A DNA stretch of 64,000 nt from Phoronis australis (taxonomy: Eukaryota; Animalia; Phoronida): contig NMRA01000933.1 in assembly GCA_002633005.1 (NCBI GenBank), positions 1 to 64,000 on the forward strand, in the 5' to 3' direction. A program made the position numbers and the translations under genes. Position 1 is the stretch's first letter; each line of letters starts with the position of its first letter. Under the pieces are notes generated by a model. The model made no database searches and was not told the DNA's origin. It was given only the letters and a program-made list of their open reading frames with translations. Shown here piece by piece: positions 24,401 through 33,425 of the stretch.

Positions 24401-27400
24401 TGTCAACGAAAGATATTGCTGATCAACTGATCACTGTTTGTGCTTTTCTTGTCAACTTTAAGGTTTTTTGGAAAGGAAATGACTGAAGCATCAGTGGCGG
24501 ATCTACGTTTTCAGCAAGGGGGGTTTAGGATTCCCGCCAAGGTCGAATCCTAGGTGCGTGGCGCCGAGCTGGGGGAGGTCGGGAGGGGAAACACCCCCTC
24601 CCGTGTAAGATATTTTTTGTTTTTGTAGCCAAATAGTGAAATTTCCATGTATCCTGATAAGTTTCTGGCACTTAACTTGTCTCTGGAGTTTTTCTTAAGA
24701 TAATTAAAAACCCTTCTGGATTTCGTCACATGAACTTGGCACATAAGTTTCGTGAAACCATATTGTGCACATCTGGGTATGAGTCACGCCACCAGCAAAA
24801 GTGTTTTTTGGAACATCTGCTTACACACACCTTTTTTAGCATACGAAAAGTCGTATACGAAAAAGTGTGGTGTGTATACATGGGTTAAGACAATTTCCAA
24901 ATATTCAAGAGCATAATTAAGGAGCACCGACGGGACGTAAAAACTTGAATGTCAGATGATCGCATAACAGCAGCCTCAAGTTGTTTAAGAACGCACACCT
25001 GTAGTGTTAGTCCGGAAATAAAAATGTGTTCTGTCTCGTTACGAGAAAAACTGGCGAACGATGGTGCTCTCAGCTCATAGTCTATTATCAAAAGCGACAA
25101 TAAATAATTAGATATCACTTTATTTAGCTGAATCACGTTGACAACAATTGAAAAACATCAAATCTATCAGGAAACAAATCATCTGAAAACAGTTTCACGA
25201 AACCGAAACATCCTGTGCACAGTGGTGAAAAGATACACTGGACTAGTTTGCAGAGGGACCAGATGTACACTGAGAGTACACCTGTGCTTATTATCTCTAT
25301 ACAAAATTGTCGATCTGTCGCGGGATCAAACAGTACTGGCTGAGATAAATAGTTTTACAAAGCACACTTTGGTAAAAAAATCACAAGACTAGTTCGCCGA
25401 GGGACCAGAAGTACACTGAAACTCAACATCTACACAAATCAAGCTGGCCTGGTCCGTCGCGAGACCTAAAGTGTACTATGCAAAAAATTTTGAATTGAAA
25501 ATTTCTCTCTAAAATTTTAATCCCCAGTGGTTACTCATACGTTAGTCCTATCCTTATGTTGTCTAGACTGCCGAGGAATTTGTATATCGGATCCAATGAT
25601 TTGCTCGTCTTGGAACCATTCTACCCAGATATCTTCGTTGTTTGTTCCCAACGCTTGCACTTCNNNNNNNNNNNNNNNNNNNNNNNNNNNNNNNNNNNNN
25701 NNNNNNNNNNNNNNNNNNNNNNNNNNNNNNNNNNNNNNNNNNNNNNNNNNNNNNNNNNNNNNNNNNNNNNNNNNNNNNNNNNNNNNNNNNNNNNNNNNNN
25801 NNNNNNNNNNNNNNNNNNNNNNNNNNNNNNNNNNNNNNNNNNNNNNNNNNNNNNNNNNNNNNNNNNNNNNNNNNNNNNNNNNNNNNNNNNNNNNNNNNNN
25901 NNNNNNNNNNNNNNNNNNNNNNNNNNNNNNNNNNNNNNNNNNNNNNNNNNNNNNNNNNNNNNNNNNNNNNNNNNNNNNNNNNNNNNNNNNNNNNNNNNNN
26001 NNNNNNNNNNNNNNNNNNNNNNNNNNNNNNNNNNNNNNNNNNNNNNNNNNNNNNNNNNNNNNNNNNNNNNNNNNNNNNNNNNNNNNNNNNNNNNNNNNNN
26101 NNNNNNNNNNNNNNNNNNNNNNNNNNNNNNNNNNNNNNNNNNNNNNNNNNNNNNNNNNNNNNNNNNNNNNNNNNNNNNNNNNNNNNNNNNNNNNNNNNNN
26201 NNNNNNNNNNNNNNNNNNNNNNNNNNNNNNNNNNNNNNNNGGGGGGTTTAAGCCCCCTGAACCCCCCGTAGATCCGCCACTGAGCATAGTTCAGTTCATT
26301 GGTTACACTTGATTGACTTCGTCGGCTCCATCTGGACAATCGGCAGAGACATCTCCTTGGTTCTCGATGACGACTTCAGGCTTACAGACCAATGAGATGT
26401 CTTAGCCGCATGACCAGGCGGAACCAAATGCAGCCATTGTTTTCCAGGGTCTAATAAGGCCATATGTAGATACTCGAAAGATAGGAGTATTTATATTTAC
26501 ACGAATTCCCATCCACACGCTCCCCCCATTTTCTTGGACATTCTGTCTTATTCAAAAAGAAGAATCTATAATCTATTCATAACCAAGTTCGACAAAAAGA
26601 CTAAATGACTTAGAAAGAATTGGGGGCAAGCCTAAATATCAAAACAACTAGAGAGTGGTGGAGAAAAGCCTACGGTTGTTCAATTAAGTTTACTTATGAC
26701 ACCAATTTAATGTGGTTCCAGTTCAGAATTACTCATACAACTGTAAGCACAAATACTTATCTTCACAAGATTTGAGTTTTACCAAACGATAATTGATCTT
26801 TCTGTAACCATGAGTCAAATGAACTCCATTTGCACTGGTCTTGTGATATTGTACAATCTTTTGGATGTCGTTTAGGGAATGGATTTGTCGTAAAACGGGT
26901 CAAGCTTTTGAAATAACATTCGTTGGTTTTTTTTTCTGGAAATTTGACGGACCAAAAATATGTAAGTTAATAATTTGTCTTGGGAAACTACACGTATACA
27001 AAAGAAGACTGGAAAACCTTCAACCAAATTTGGAAGCCAAGCGCGCGCGCGCGTGTGTGTGTGTAGCTAAATGTGCGTTTATTAAGTCATCTTATTTGTA
27101 ATTATGCTACTTCATATCTTACATGCAATACAATGAAAACAAGTGCAGCCATTGTAATTTGCTAATTTTGAAACTGGAAATAAATGAGGTTAGGTATAAT
27201 ATGTCCGTCAGAAACTAACAAGCATGGAATCATAGTTTCTGTGTTTGTTCTGGTTTTGTTAATAAATGTGTATTTTATAACAGTGACTGTTTTTATCTGT
27301 ATTGAGAAATAATTCGCCTTATTTGTCACGTGTAATTTAAAAGTAAGGTATCCAGATCTTGTAAGAAACCTATTGGATCCAATTTGTACTGCTTATTGTA

Positions 27401-29960
27401 ATGTTATTGAGGATCTACACATGACTCGATGATTTAAAAAAATAAACTACTTACTGGTTGGCCAGAATTATGCCGAAGGTGAAGACGTATAGTAATGGTA
27501 CGCAGGCGTCATTCCGTCCGTCCGACCGTCAGTCCTTACGTCCATCCGTCCGTGCAAGGAAATTTCCTGTGCGCATATTCTACATTCCTCATTGGTTGCT
27601 CAGGAACAATTCAATAATGTCACATGTGTCCGTCATTTGGAGAAAAGTGTATCTACAGATGTGTTTATAAATTCAATTAAACCAGATTCGCTGAACACAC
27701 TTGTAATACATACCTGGGAATTACTAATTATACAATGGTATGTGACCGAAACGATTTTGGACAAAATCATTTTAACACGGTTTAGTAAGCCTATCCTTTT
27801 AAGCAAAGTTCATACTAAAAATATTTCCAATTAAACTGAACCCACATTTTGTGCACGTATAAATTATCAGTGTTTTGAGATAAGTAAGAGGAAATCTATT
27901 AAACACAAGGCTCTTTTCGCAACGTAAAATGCAATATCTTTTCATAGTCGTGTTGAGAGTGGAACACAACAAATTATACTACTATGCTACTATAGGCCTA
28001 CTTAGTTCACATTCCCCTTCAGCGACACCATCACCATCCTTTGCTAAATTCTCATCATTACTGTCTTCAACAGGAAACAAAACTCAGCTGTGACGCTGTT
28101 AGTGACTTCGACAAAAATGTTTCCGCCACAATCAGCTTTTTAATAATTAGAATCAATGACTAATTACGAAATCAATTGACATCGCTTCAGAAAATAACTA
28201 TCAATAATTAGATTGCGTGACATATTTATATTTTATTGCCACTTTGAGCTCACATCTGCGTTGATAACTTATAGATCAATCAAACAAAAAGTGTGCCTCC
28301 GTATATAGTACAGAAATTTAATTTTAACAGGAGCATCGACGCATGCTACCAAAAATAACTCTTCGGTAACTTTTGAACTGGTTTAAGATTTAAGAGTCAC
28401 GATGTTGAGTCACAAAACATTGCGGCGTGCATTTTTTGTCTCGTATACCATCACACAGTTGTACTGACATGAACCTTTCGGACGTCGCGACCTGGCCAAG
28501 ACCTTGTCAGGTTACTGACATACTCCACACATCATCATAAGTGTTCGTATAATAACGAAAAAAATCTAATTTTTATCGTTTTGCGTGATCAATTGAGAGC
28601 CCCTTTGACAAGTTCATATTTTAGACGTTTGAAGAGTTGTATTACTGCCTTTTGCCACTGTTTGTCGTTTAATGTTGCCTAATAAACCTTTGCCCATCTC
28701 TTGTTATAATCACGAAAGTGAGTGTTTACCTAACCTCCGAAGTCCAGTGCTCCTTGCAGATCGAAACTAACAAAACAAGAATAAAGTTTTGTCCAAACAC
28801 ATGTGGTGTACGTGAATGCTGACTAAGTACCAGAACTCTAGGTTCGCGAAAAGCATTATAAGTAACCTGCTGAAAGCGAGTCATCGCTTTGGTTCATTTT
28901 TTGTGGAAACTTTTGATTTAGTTATTAATACGGCAAGTTAACGCTCCTAATTGATTCACAGCCGCTAACTTGTTTTATTCTAGTTTGCGATTTTGACTCG
29001 ACTTAATTAGCACTGGGTGAGTTTTTAAGCCAGATTGCCCTTGCACATCGATCGCGGGCTCCACTAATGTGGCTCTTATACTAGGACGTGTGTGTATTTC
29101 TGTATTTCAATAGAGTGTGCTGTCTTAGTGTCTTGTTAGTTTGGCGCCCATACTGGGAGATTCGGCTTACTGGTTTCGCCAGAACTTTTAGTTGAACTTT
29201 TGTTTGAATGCACTGGAAAAGTAGCTTCCTGGATCTCCAGTAAACTTTCAGAATTCGAATGTTTAGTGATGACGTGTCTGCTACTAATATGACGCGATTT
29301 CGACCGTTGATTAAGAACAGAAGCGCAGAACCACATCACATTTAAAAAAATTGGAGGTCTTTGACTTTTTCAGATTCAGGTAACCACGGGGGCAATTTAG
29401 CCTTTGAAAGTTTTCTAGTGTACCATATCAAATTTGGTTTCCAGACACGGCATGTTTGAGTCTCCAAAAGCGCTCGCGGTCTCGCTAACGCACAGGCCCG
29501 TTCTGTGATATTGTCCAAACTTTGTTTTCAGGGTAAAGGCGAAATGAAAACGTTTTGGCTGACGTCTACCTCGGAAAGGCCTATACCTGTGTTGGATGAA
29601 ATGCCGGTTCACGGGGCGTTCTTCATCCAAGACGATCTCATGCAAGATGGCCGCGACTCTCCGACGCACTCTGTTTATACACCTGTCACTTATGACGAAA
29701 TCAATCACTCAGAAAAGCAGATAACAACCGAGGCTATGATTGAGCTCAATCACGGTACAAATGCTGTTTTCAGTTCTTCTTATGGTAAAGTTGGGGAATG
29801 TCTGACTGCCAATCGTCTTAACTTTTCGAAGAGCACTAAGTTTGAAACGCAAAAAGGCGGAATTGGCTTGATGGGACGAGGAGTTACCAAAGAACTTTGG
29901 ACTTCGCAAAGAACCATGACCCAAAGTTTGCTGAGAGCCCACATTGATGAAATCATATAA
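3202..29960 (+). CDS. Gyc88E: Atypical soluble guanylate cyclase (Gyc88E/gcy-31-like), 5'-partial; join(3202..3429,10000..10105,10818..10947,12059..12188,12724..12870,16641..16787,16982..17138,17687..17796,17985..18077,29532..29960)
   Basis: Ten exons with AG acceptors and GT donors splice in consistent phase to 558 aa plus stop. Motifs: FPFHILFD...[11 protein letters not shown] (HNOBA), [37 protein letters not shown] (as I recall, diagnostic of the Gyc88E-type subfamily), [73 protein letters not shown]. Orthology is inferred from motifs only. Confidence 0.93.
7741..9108 (+). repeat. Old intronic tandem duplication, period ~744 bp (7741-~8370 and 8485-~9108)
   Basis: Both start catacacaaaacgtaccgagagtggcgt and stay colinear (gactgttcacgtggcggatcacatccta, gaggaatcggcgc, ttactttaaactatttt, gacattgac) with many substitutions. 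Confidence 0.9.
9623..9988. mobile_element. Old foldback/MITE-like imperfect inverted repeat
   Basis: Left arm ttctcattaaca...ccttttaagtacaactc is loosely the reverse complement of right arm gagttgtgaaaagg...tgttattgagaa; the centre has 2x caggtgtacaag. Confidence 0.5.
10000..10105 (+). CDS. Gyc88E: sGC exon (HNOBA, acidic/Ser-Thr-rich loop)
   Basis: ttacag| [36 protein letters not shown]|gtagg; phase 1 matches the next exon. Confidence 0.82.
10818..10947 (+). CDS. Gyc88E: sGC exon (HNOBA)
   Basis: tttaaag| [43 protein letters not shown] |gtaagt. Confidence 0.88.
11090..11292 (+). repeat. Dispersed ~190-bp repeat, copy 2
   Basis: Same blocks, in the same order, as 2945-3140. Confidence 0.7.
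12059..12188 (+). CDS. Gyc88E: sGC exon (end of HNOBA, start of coiled coil)
   Basis: cttcag| [43 protein letters not shown] |gtaagc. Confidence 0.93.
12724..12870 (+). CDS. Gyc88E: sGC exon (signalling helix/coiled coil)
   Basis: ttgcag| [49 protein letters not shown] |gtatga. Confidence 0.93.
14824..15077. mobile_element. hAT-like MITE (degenerate)
   Basis: Ends cagcgcacccaggggggaggggctcgg and ttcgagccctcc...cttggtgcgcgcatg are imperfect inverted repeats; no TSD recognisable. Confidence 0.4.
15080..16380 (+). mobile_element. Non-autonomous Helentron-type (HINE/DINE-1/pearl-like) element with internal ~150-bp tandem array
   Basis: 5' ttattatgcgcccacata..tatgtggacgcattatg inverted repeat; (GTCC)n microsatellite at ~15129-15186; recurring ..ctagtggc repeats; 3' hairpin caacgc-tcc-gcgttg (16359-16373) then ctcttgt; flanked by T runs. 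Confidence 0.8.
16641..16787 (+). CDS. Gyc88E: sGC exon (cyclase domain start)
   Basis: gtccag| [49 protein letters not shown] |gtaagc. Confidence 0.95.
16982..17138 (+). CDS. Gyc88E: sGC exon (cyclase domain)
   Basis: ccttag| [53 protein letters not shown]|gtacg. Confidence 0.94.
17687..17796 (+). CDS. Gyc88E: sGC exon (cyclase signature)
   Basis: ttttag| [37 protein letters not shown] |gtaatc. Confidence 0.96.
17985..18077 (+). CDS. Gyc88E: sGC exon (cyclase domain)
   Basis: acacag| [31 protein letters not shown] |gtaaga. Confidence 0.94.
18618..19300 (+). pseudogene. Second, convergent THAP-domain pseudogene (two exons: 18618-18806 and 19068-onward)
   Basis: (M>T)AKRF/FCVPQC...[10 protein letters not shown]|gtaaat ... 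ttctag|[12 protein letters not shown], i.e. the C2CH ligands plus a PxIF-type terminal motif; YDY (DHDY-like) near 19267; stops and frameshifts; 3' limit uncertain. Confidence 0.65.
19731..24043 (-). pseudogene. Intron-containing THAP-DDE transposase pseudogene, Kolobok-type
   Basis: [28 protein letters not shown] (24043-~23765); C2CH CQVC..CVAGH; exon 23177-22991 [25 protein letters not shown]; exon 21594-21473 [12 protein letters not shown]; [22 protein letters not shown] (~20500-20340); [22 protein letters not shown] (~19905-19770). At least three in-frame stops, and the first-catalytic-Asp segment appears deleted. Confidence 0.85.
24492..26282. mobile_element. hAT-like non-autonomous element with 5-bp TSD (spans an assembly gap)
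   Basis: Perfect 16-bp TIR CAGTGGCGGATCTACG / CGTAGATCCGCCACTG; AGCAT on both flanks (24487-24491 and 26283-26287). Confidence 0.85.
25664..26240. other. Assembly gap
   Basis: Run of N. Confidence 1.
27041..27064. repeat. (GC)n(GT)n microsatellite
   Basis: gcgcgcgcgcgcgtgtgtgtgtgt. Confidence 0.9.
27466..27580 (+). mobile_element. 5' fragment of a second Helentron/HINE-like element
   Basis: ttatgccgaagg..gtatagtaat followed by a degenerate (GTCC)n tract. Confidence 0.45.
29532..29960 (+). CDS. Gyc88E: sGC terminal coding exon (cyclase end plus C-terminal tail)
   Basis: tttcag| [10 protein letters not shown] completes the conserved VK-GKG-M-T-WL motif; open to TAA at 29958-29960. The tail could be spliced further, but no evidence for that was seen. 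Confidence 0.88.
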   Translation, partial: GKGEMKTFWLTSTSERPIPVLDEMPVHGAFFIQDDLMQDGRDSPTHSVYTPVTYDEINHSEKQITTEAMIELNHGTNAVFSSSYGKVGECLTANRLNFSKSTKFETQKGGIGLMGRGVTKELWTSQRTMTQSLLRAHIDEII

Positions 29961-30409
29961 TTAGCTATGATTAATAGCAAACGAGATAGCCGATTGCATT
30001 TGACTCCGTCTGAAATGAATGGCTAGATCGATGTTTTTACCTCGGGTCATTTTCACTTCGATATTAGTAGTAGAGATTTATAAAACGCACTATTGTTTGC
30101 GAAAAGACCGTTCTATGTTTGTATATATTTTAATATTTCTTATCTTTATTTTCCCGTGTGTTTAGGTAGAAAGAGCATTTCATCGTTAAATGACTCAGGT
30201 TTGGATGTTTCTGCCTAGACTTCCTGTAGACATTAACCCATAGATGTCGGTAGCTCATACTTAATGTGCGTGAGTTAGCAGACGATAATATATTGTGTAC
30301 GTGCAACATAGAAATGAAACTTCTGTTTTGTTGTAACCTGTCGTGTGTTCCAAAAAGTTCCTATATATGTTGTTGATGTGTTGATCTAAGTGGCTATTGC
30401 TGTTGCATA

Positions 30410-30415
30410 AATAAA
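30410..30415 (+). terminator. Candidate polyadenylation signal of the sGC gene
   Basis: AATAAA about 450 bp after the stop codon; position is plausible, but the motif is common in AT-rich DNA. Confidence 0.35.
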
Positions 30416-32313
30416 TAACGAAGCATCCCAGTGCGTATTACCGGTTAAGCTAAGTCGAAAGTGTTGTCGACCGGCGAATGATAACTGTGGCGACTGGCGA
30501 AGCCATGCTGAATGTGGCTGACGAACACATATATCAATATTTCGCTAAGACACTTTTTCGATTGAGTATACAGCCATTGTCTGTTATTTATGACATTGAT
30601 TTTCCAAACAAAATGCTGAAGTTCACATAGCAATGCTTTATGGGATTGGTTTTTTTGTGCTAATTCGTATCTCTAATCTGCACGTCTGCGAAAACACAAA
30701 CACCACGCAAGACCTCGAAAGGTGTCGGTACGCATTACAGGCGAAGCACGTTTTTACATTATTAGCTTTACTCGCGAAACCCTTATGTCTGCGAAACGCA
30801 ACCCTAGTCATAACATTTACTCTTCGTCCATTTAGAACCACCTAGTAGGAGAATAGGTGCTGGGAGCATTAATCGCGAAACCAGGAACCATTTCTTTCGG
30901 TTTCGAGTTTAGTAGGCGTATCACGTTTGCACCAACGTGCTAGAGAGTTAGTTGTTTAGAAGCAGATTTTTACGTTACACTCTATGGGGACCCGACACTA
31001 TAAGCCAGATTCGATAGTCGCTGTGTAATCCGGGACGGCCGTATTGCATGACACGTGTCTGGTAGGTCTTAATTTAATAACTTGCACCCGAATGATGCGA
31101 AGTGATTAGTTAACTTCCACGTCTGAGTCTGCGTCAAGTGGAATGAGTATCAAAATAATACACTGGCTGTGCTGCGAAAATGATCATACAAATTTGCAAC
31201 CTCGTGCAACTGTTTTATGTTATTTTTGTAATTCATGAATGGCGTTTGGACTGAATGTAGAAAGATCACAGCCCCTAATCCCTAGGGACACAATCATCTC
31301 GAATTTTTCCTTTTGCGCGATAGAATTGTACTTCCTTTGATAGAAAGAATATCTAGCGTATTTACTAGTAGTGGAGGATTTGCATTTTCTGGGAACTGTA
31401 TCTTGATCAGCTATAGGGCTTCTCGCAACCAGGAACAATTGATATTAAAGAAAGAAGAGGTTTGTAAGCTTTTAAACGTGTGCACATACATAACGTCTTC
31501 TTTTAATTATAAAACCTAAAAGCACGATCCTTGCTTAATCCTGAGATAGCTTGAAGTAACCCGGAATTTCATAAGTATTAAAATATTTCAAGTTCTCACA
31601 CGACATTCTCATCCACCAGGCCAGCAATTCTAAAATGAAAGCCGTCTAACGAATGAGCACACGGCAAAATCAACAAAATGAAAGAAGAAAAGCAACACGA
31701 AAATAATTGTATTGCAAAATAGACATTTTTAATGCAGGTCACCCAAATTGCTTTGCGGTGAGCAGAAAAAAAACAGACAGAATAGTAAGTTGATGTGTAC
31801 GTAAACCACAGCACCCAATTGTTGTGACGAAGTGCGTTGTACGTTCTTGTTGATGTAGTTAATTGTACGCAACAGAAACGTCATCATATTATTCTCCTGT
31901 GGAAAGGATAGAAGTATTGATAGGTACTGTCAACATGGTCTAGACTTCACCGTTTGTGGAGAGACTTTCGTGCTCTTTTTAGAGTCCAAAATCCTATCAA
32001 CTCGAACTCTAACTTGAATTTGATATTTTACTGTTTTACTTAGACGAGATGAATTTCTTTGGACTTGTTAGTTATCGAATATGGACATTTGATTACATTA
32101 AAGTTACGATGCAAAAAGGGGTTTTGGAATTAGAATAACATGCTTAATAGCTTGCTTGCGGCTTGGAGCAAACAAATTAAGCTAGTGGGACATATTCGTT
32201 ACCAAGGATCGAATTTTTAAAGTAAAGTATTCACAGTGGTTCCAGAGAACGCTATGTTTTTGAAATCTTTGATGATCACTGAATTTCATTGTGTCCACGA
32301 AAGCAATGTCCAG

Positions 32314-32713
32314 GGCCCGGTCTCTAATCTTTGTACTCGAAACGAACTCGAAACTATTTTTGGCAATTTCTCTGCTCCTTTTGTGCGAACTTAAGATAAT
32401 TGGTTATCAGACTGTGCTCGAATACATTATAGTTTATGCATAGGAGTTTCTAGTTCAAGTTTGCCCTTGAAGACCCTTATGTTCGTGCAACAAACTCGAG
32501 TAAAAACTCGAAATTTCGAGTTAAACTCGAACTTATTGCTTTAATATTGGGTTTACAAACTGTGAACCAAGGGTAATAATTTATCTACGTAAGTTATTGT
32601 GTACTCGAGTATAGAATAATAGACACTTATCTTGAGTTCGCCCAAAAGTAGAGTACAAAATGCCAAACCTAATTTCGAGTTCCATTTCGAGTAAAAAGAT
32701 TGGAGACCGGGCC
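32314..32713. mobile_element. PIF/Harbinger-like MITE, 400 bp, CAG TSD
   Basis: ~40-bp imperfect TIR ggcccggtctctaatctttgtactcgaaacgaactcgaaa / tttcgagttccatttcgagtaaaaagattggagaccgggcc; CAG at 32311-32313 and 32714-32716. Confidence 0.88.
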
Positions 32714-32955
32714 CAGATATTTGTAATCACGTTGCCGAATTTTCTCAAACGCGCATTTTTCCGCTTAATTCCTTATTTAAAAAATTCGGTCCTTGATAAC
32801 GAAGGTATTATATTACTTAAAAGTTCTGCGAACTTTGGTTATTACGCACCCATCTGCTAAATTATAATTCAATCAAAATGGGATTTCGCCACTGTTTAGC
32901 CATCAATAAATTCTTAACAAAAACGATTTGGGATTTAAAACATTATCACACTTAA

Positions 32956-33425
32956 AGAGGCATGGAATGCAAAAGCTCGTCAAAAACATCTTTTAATAAA
33001 TTTCTGACGAAAGTACCATCTCGCAACGTCTAGTACAGAGTAATTCACTTACCCTGCCAGGAAATTTCCAGAAATGTCACAAAATTCACGATTTTTGAAA
33101 TACCTTCTCCCCACTTATGATAAATTCGCTCACAGTATGTTACTTGAAGTTGTTTGAGGTCATAGGTCACATTTTCCATAATGTCTTGCCTTACCAAATG
33201 AGGAAACGTGCATGGCCTTGTGGGAGAAAAATCGACGAAGTGACGAGCAGTTGACAGACGTTTTTTTCTGAAATTGAAACTAAAAGAAAATGTCTTGATA
33301 TCAACAGAGATTAAATATCTTTAAAAACAAACCCTAAAAATACCTGGTGAGCAGGTTGAATCCTGTTTCAGTGGCACAGAACCATATTCAATATTGTAAT
33401 TGAGTCTGTCGCTTTCCAGGCCTCT
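32956..33425. mobile_element. Kolobok-like MITE, 470 bp, TTAA TSD
   Basis: TTAA|AGAGGCATGGAATGC ... GCTTTCCAGGCCTCT|TTAA (13/15 TIR match). Confidence 0.8.

Noticed and set aside
25527-26339. Long ORFs of 209-261 aa
   Set aside because: Artefacts of translating through the N gap
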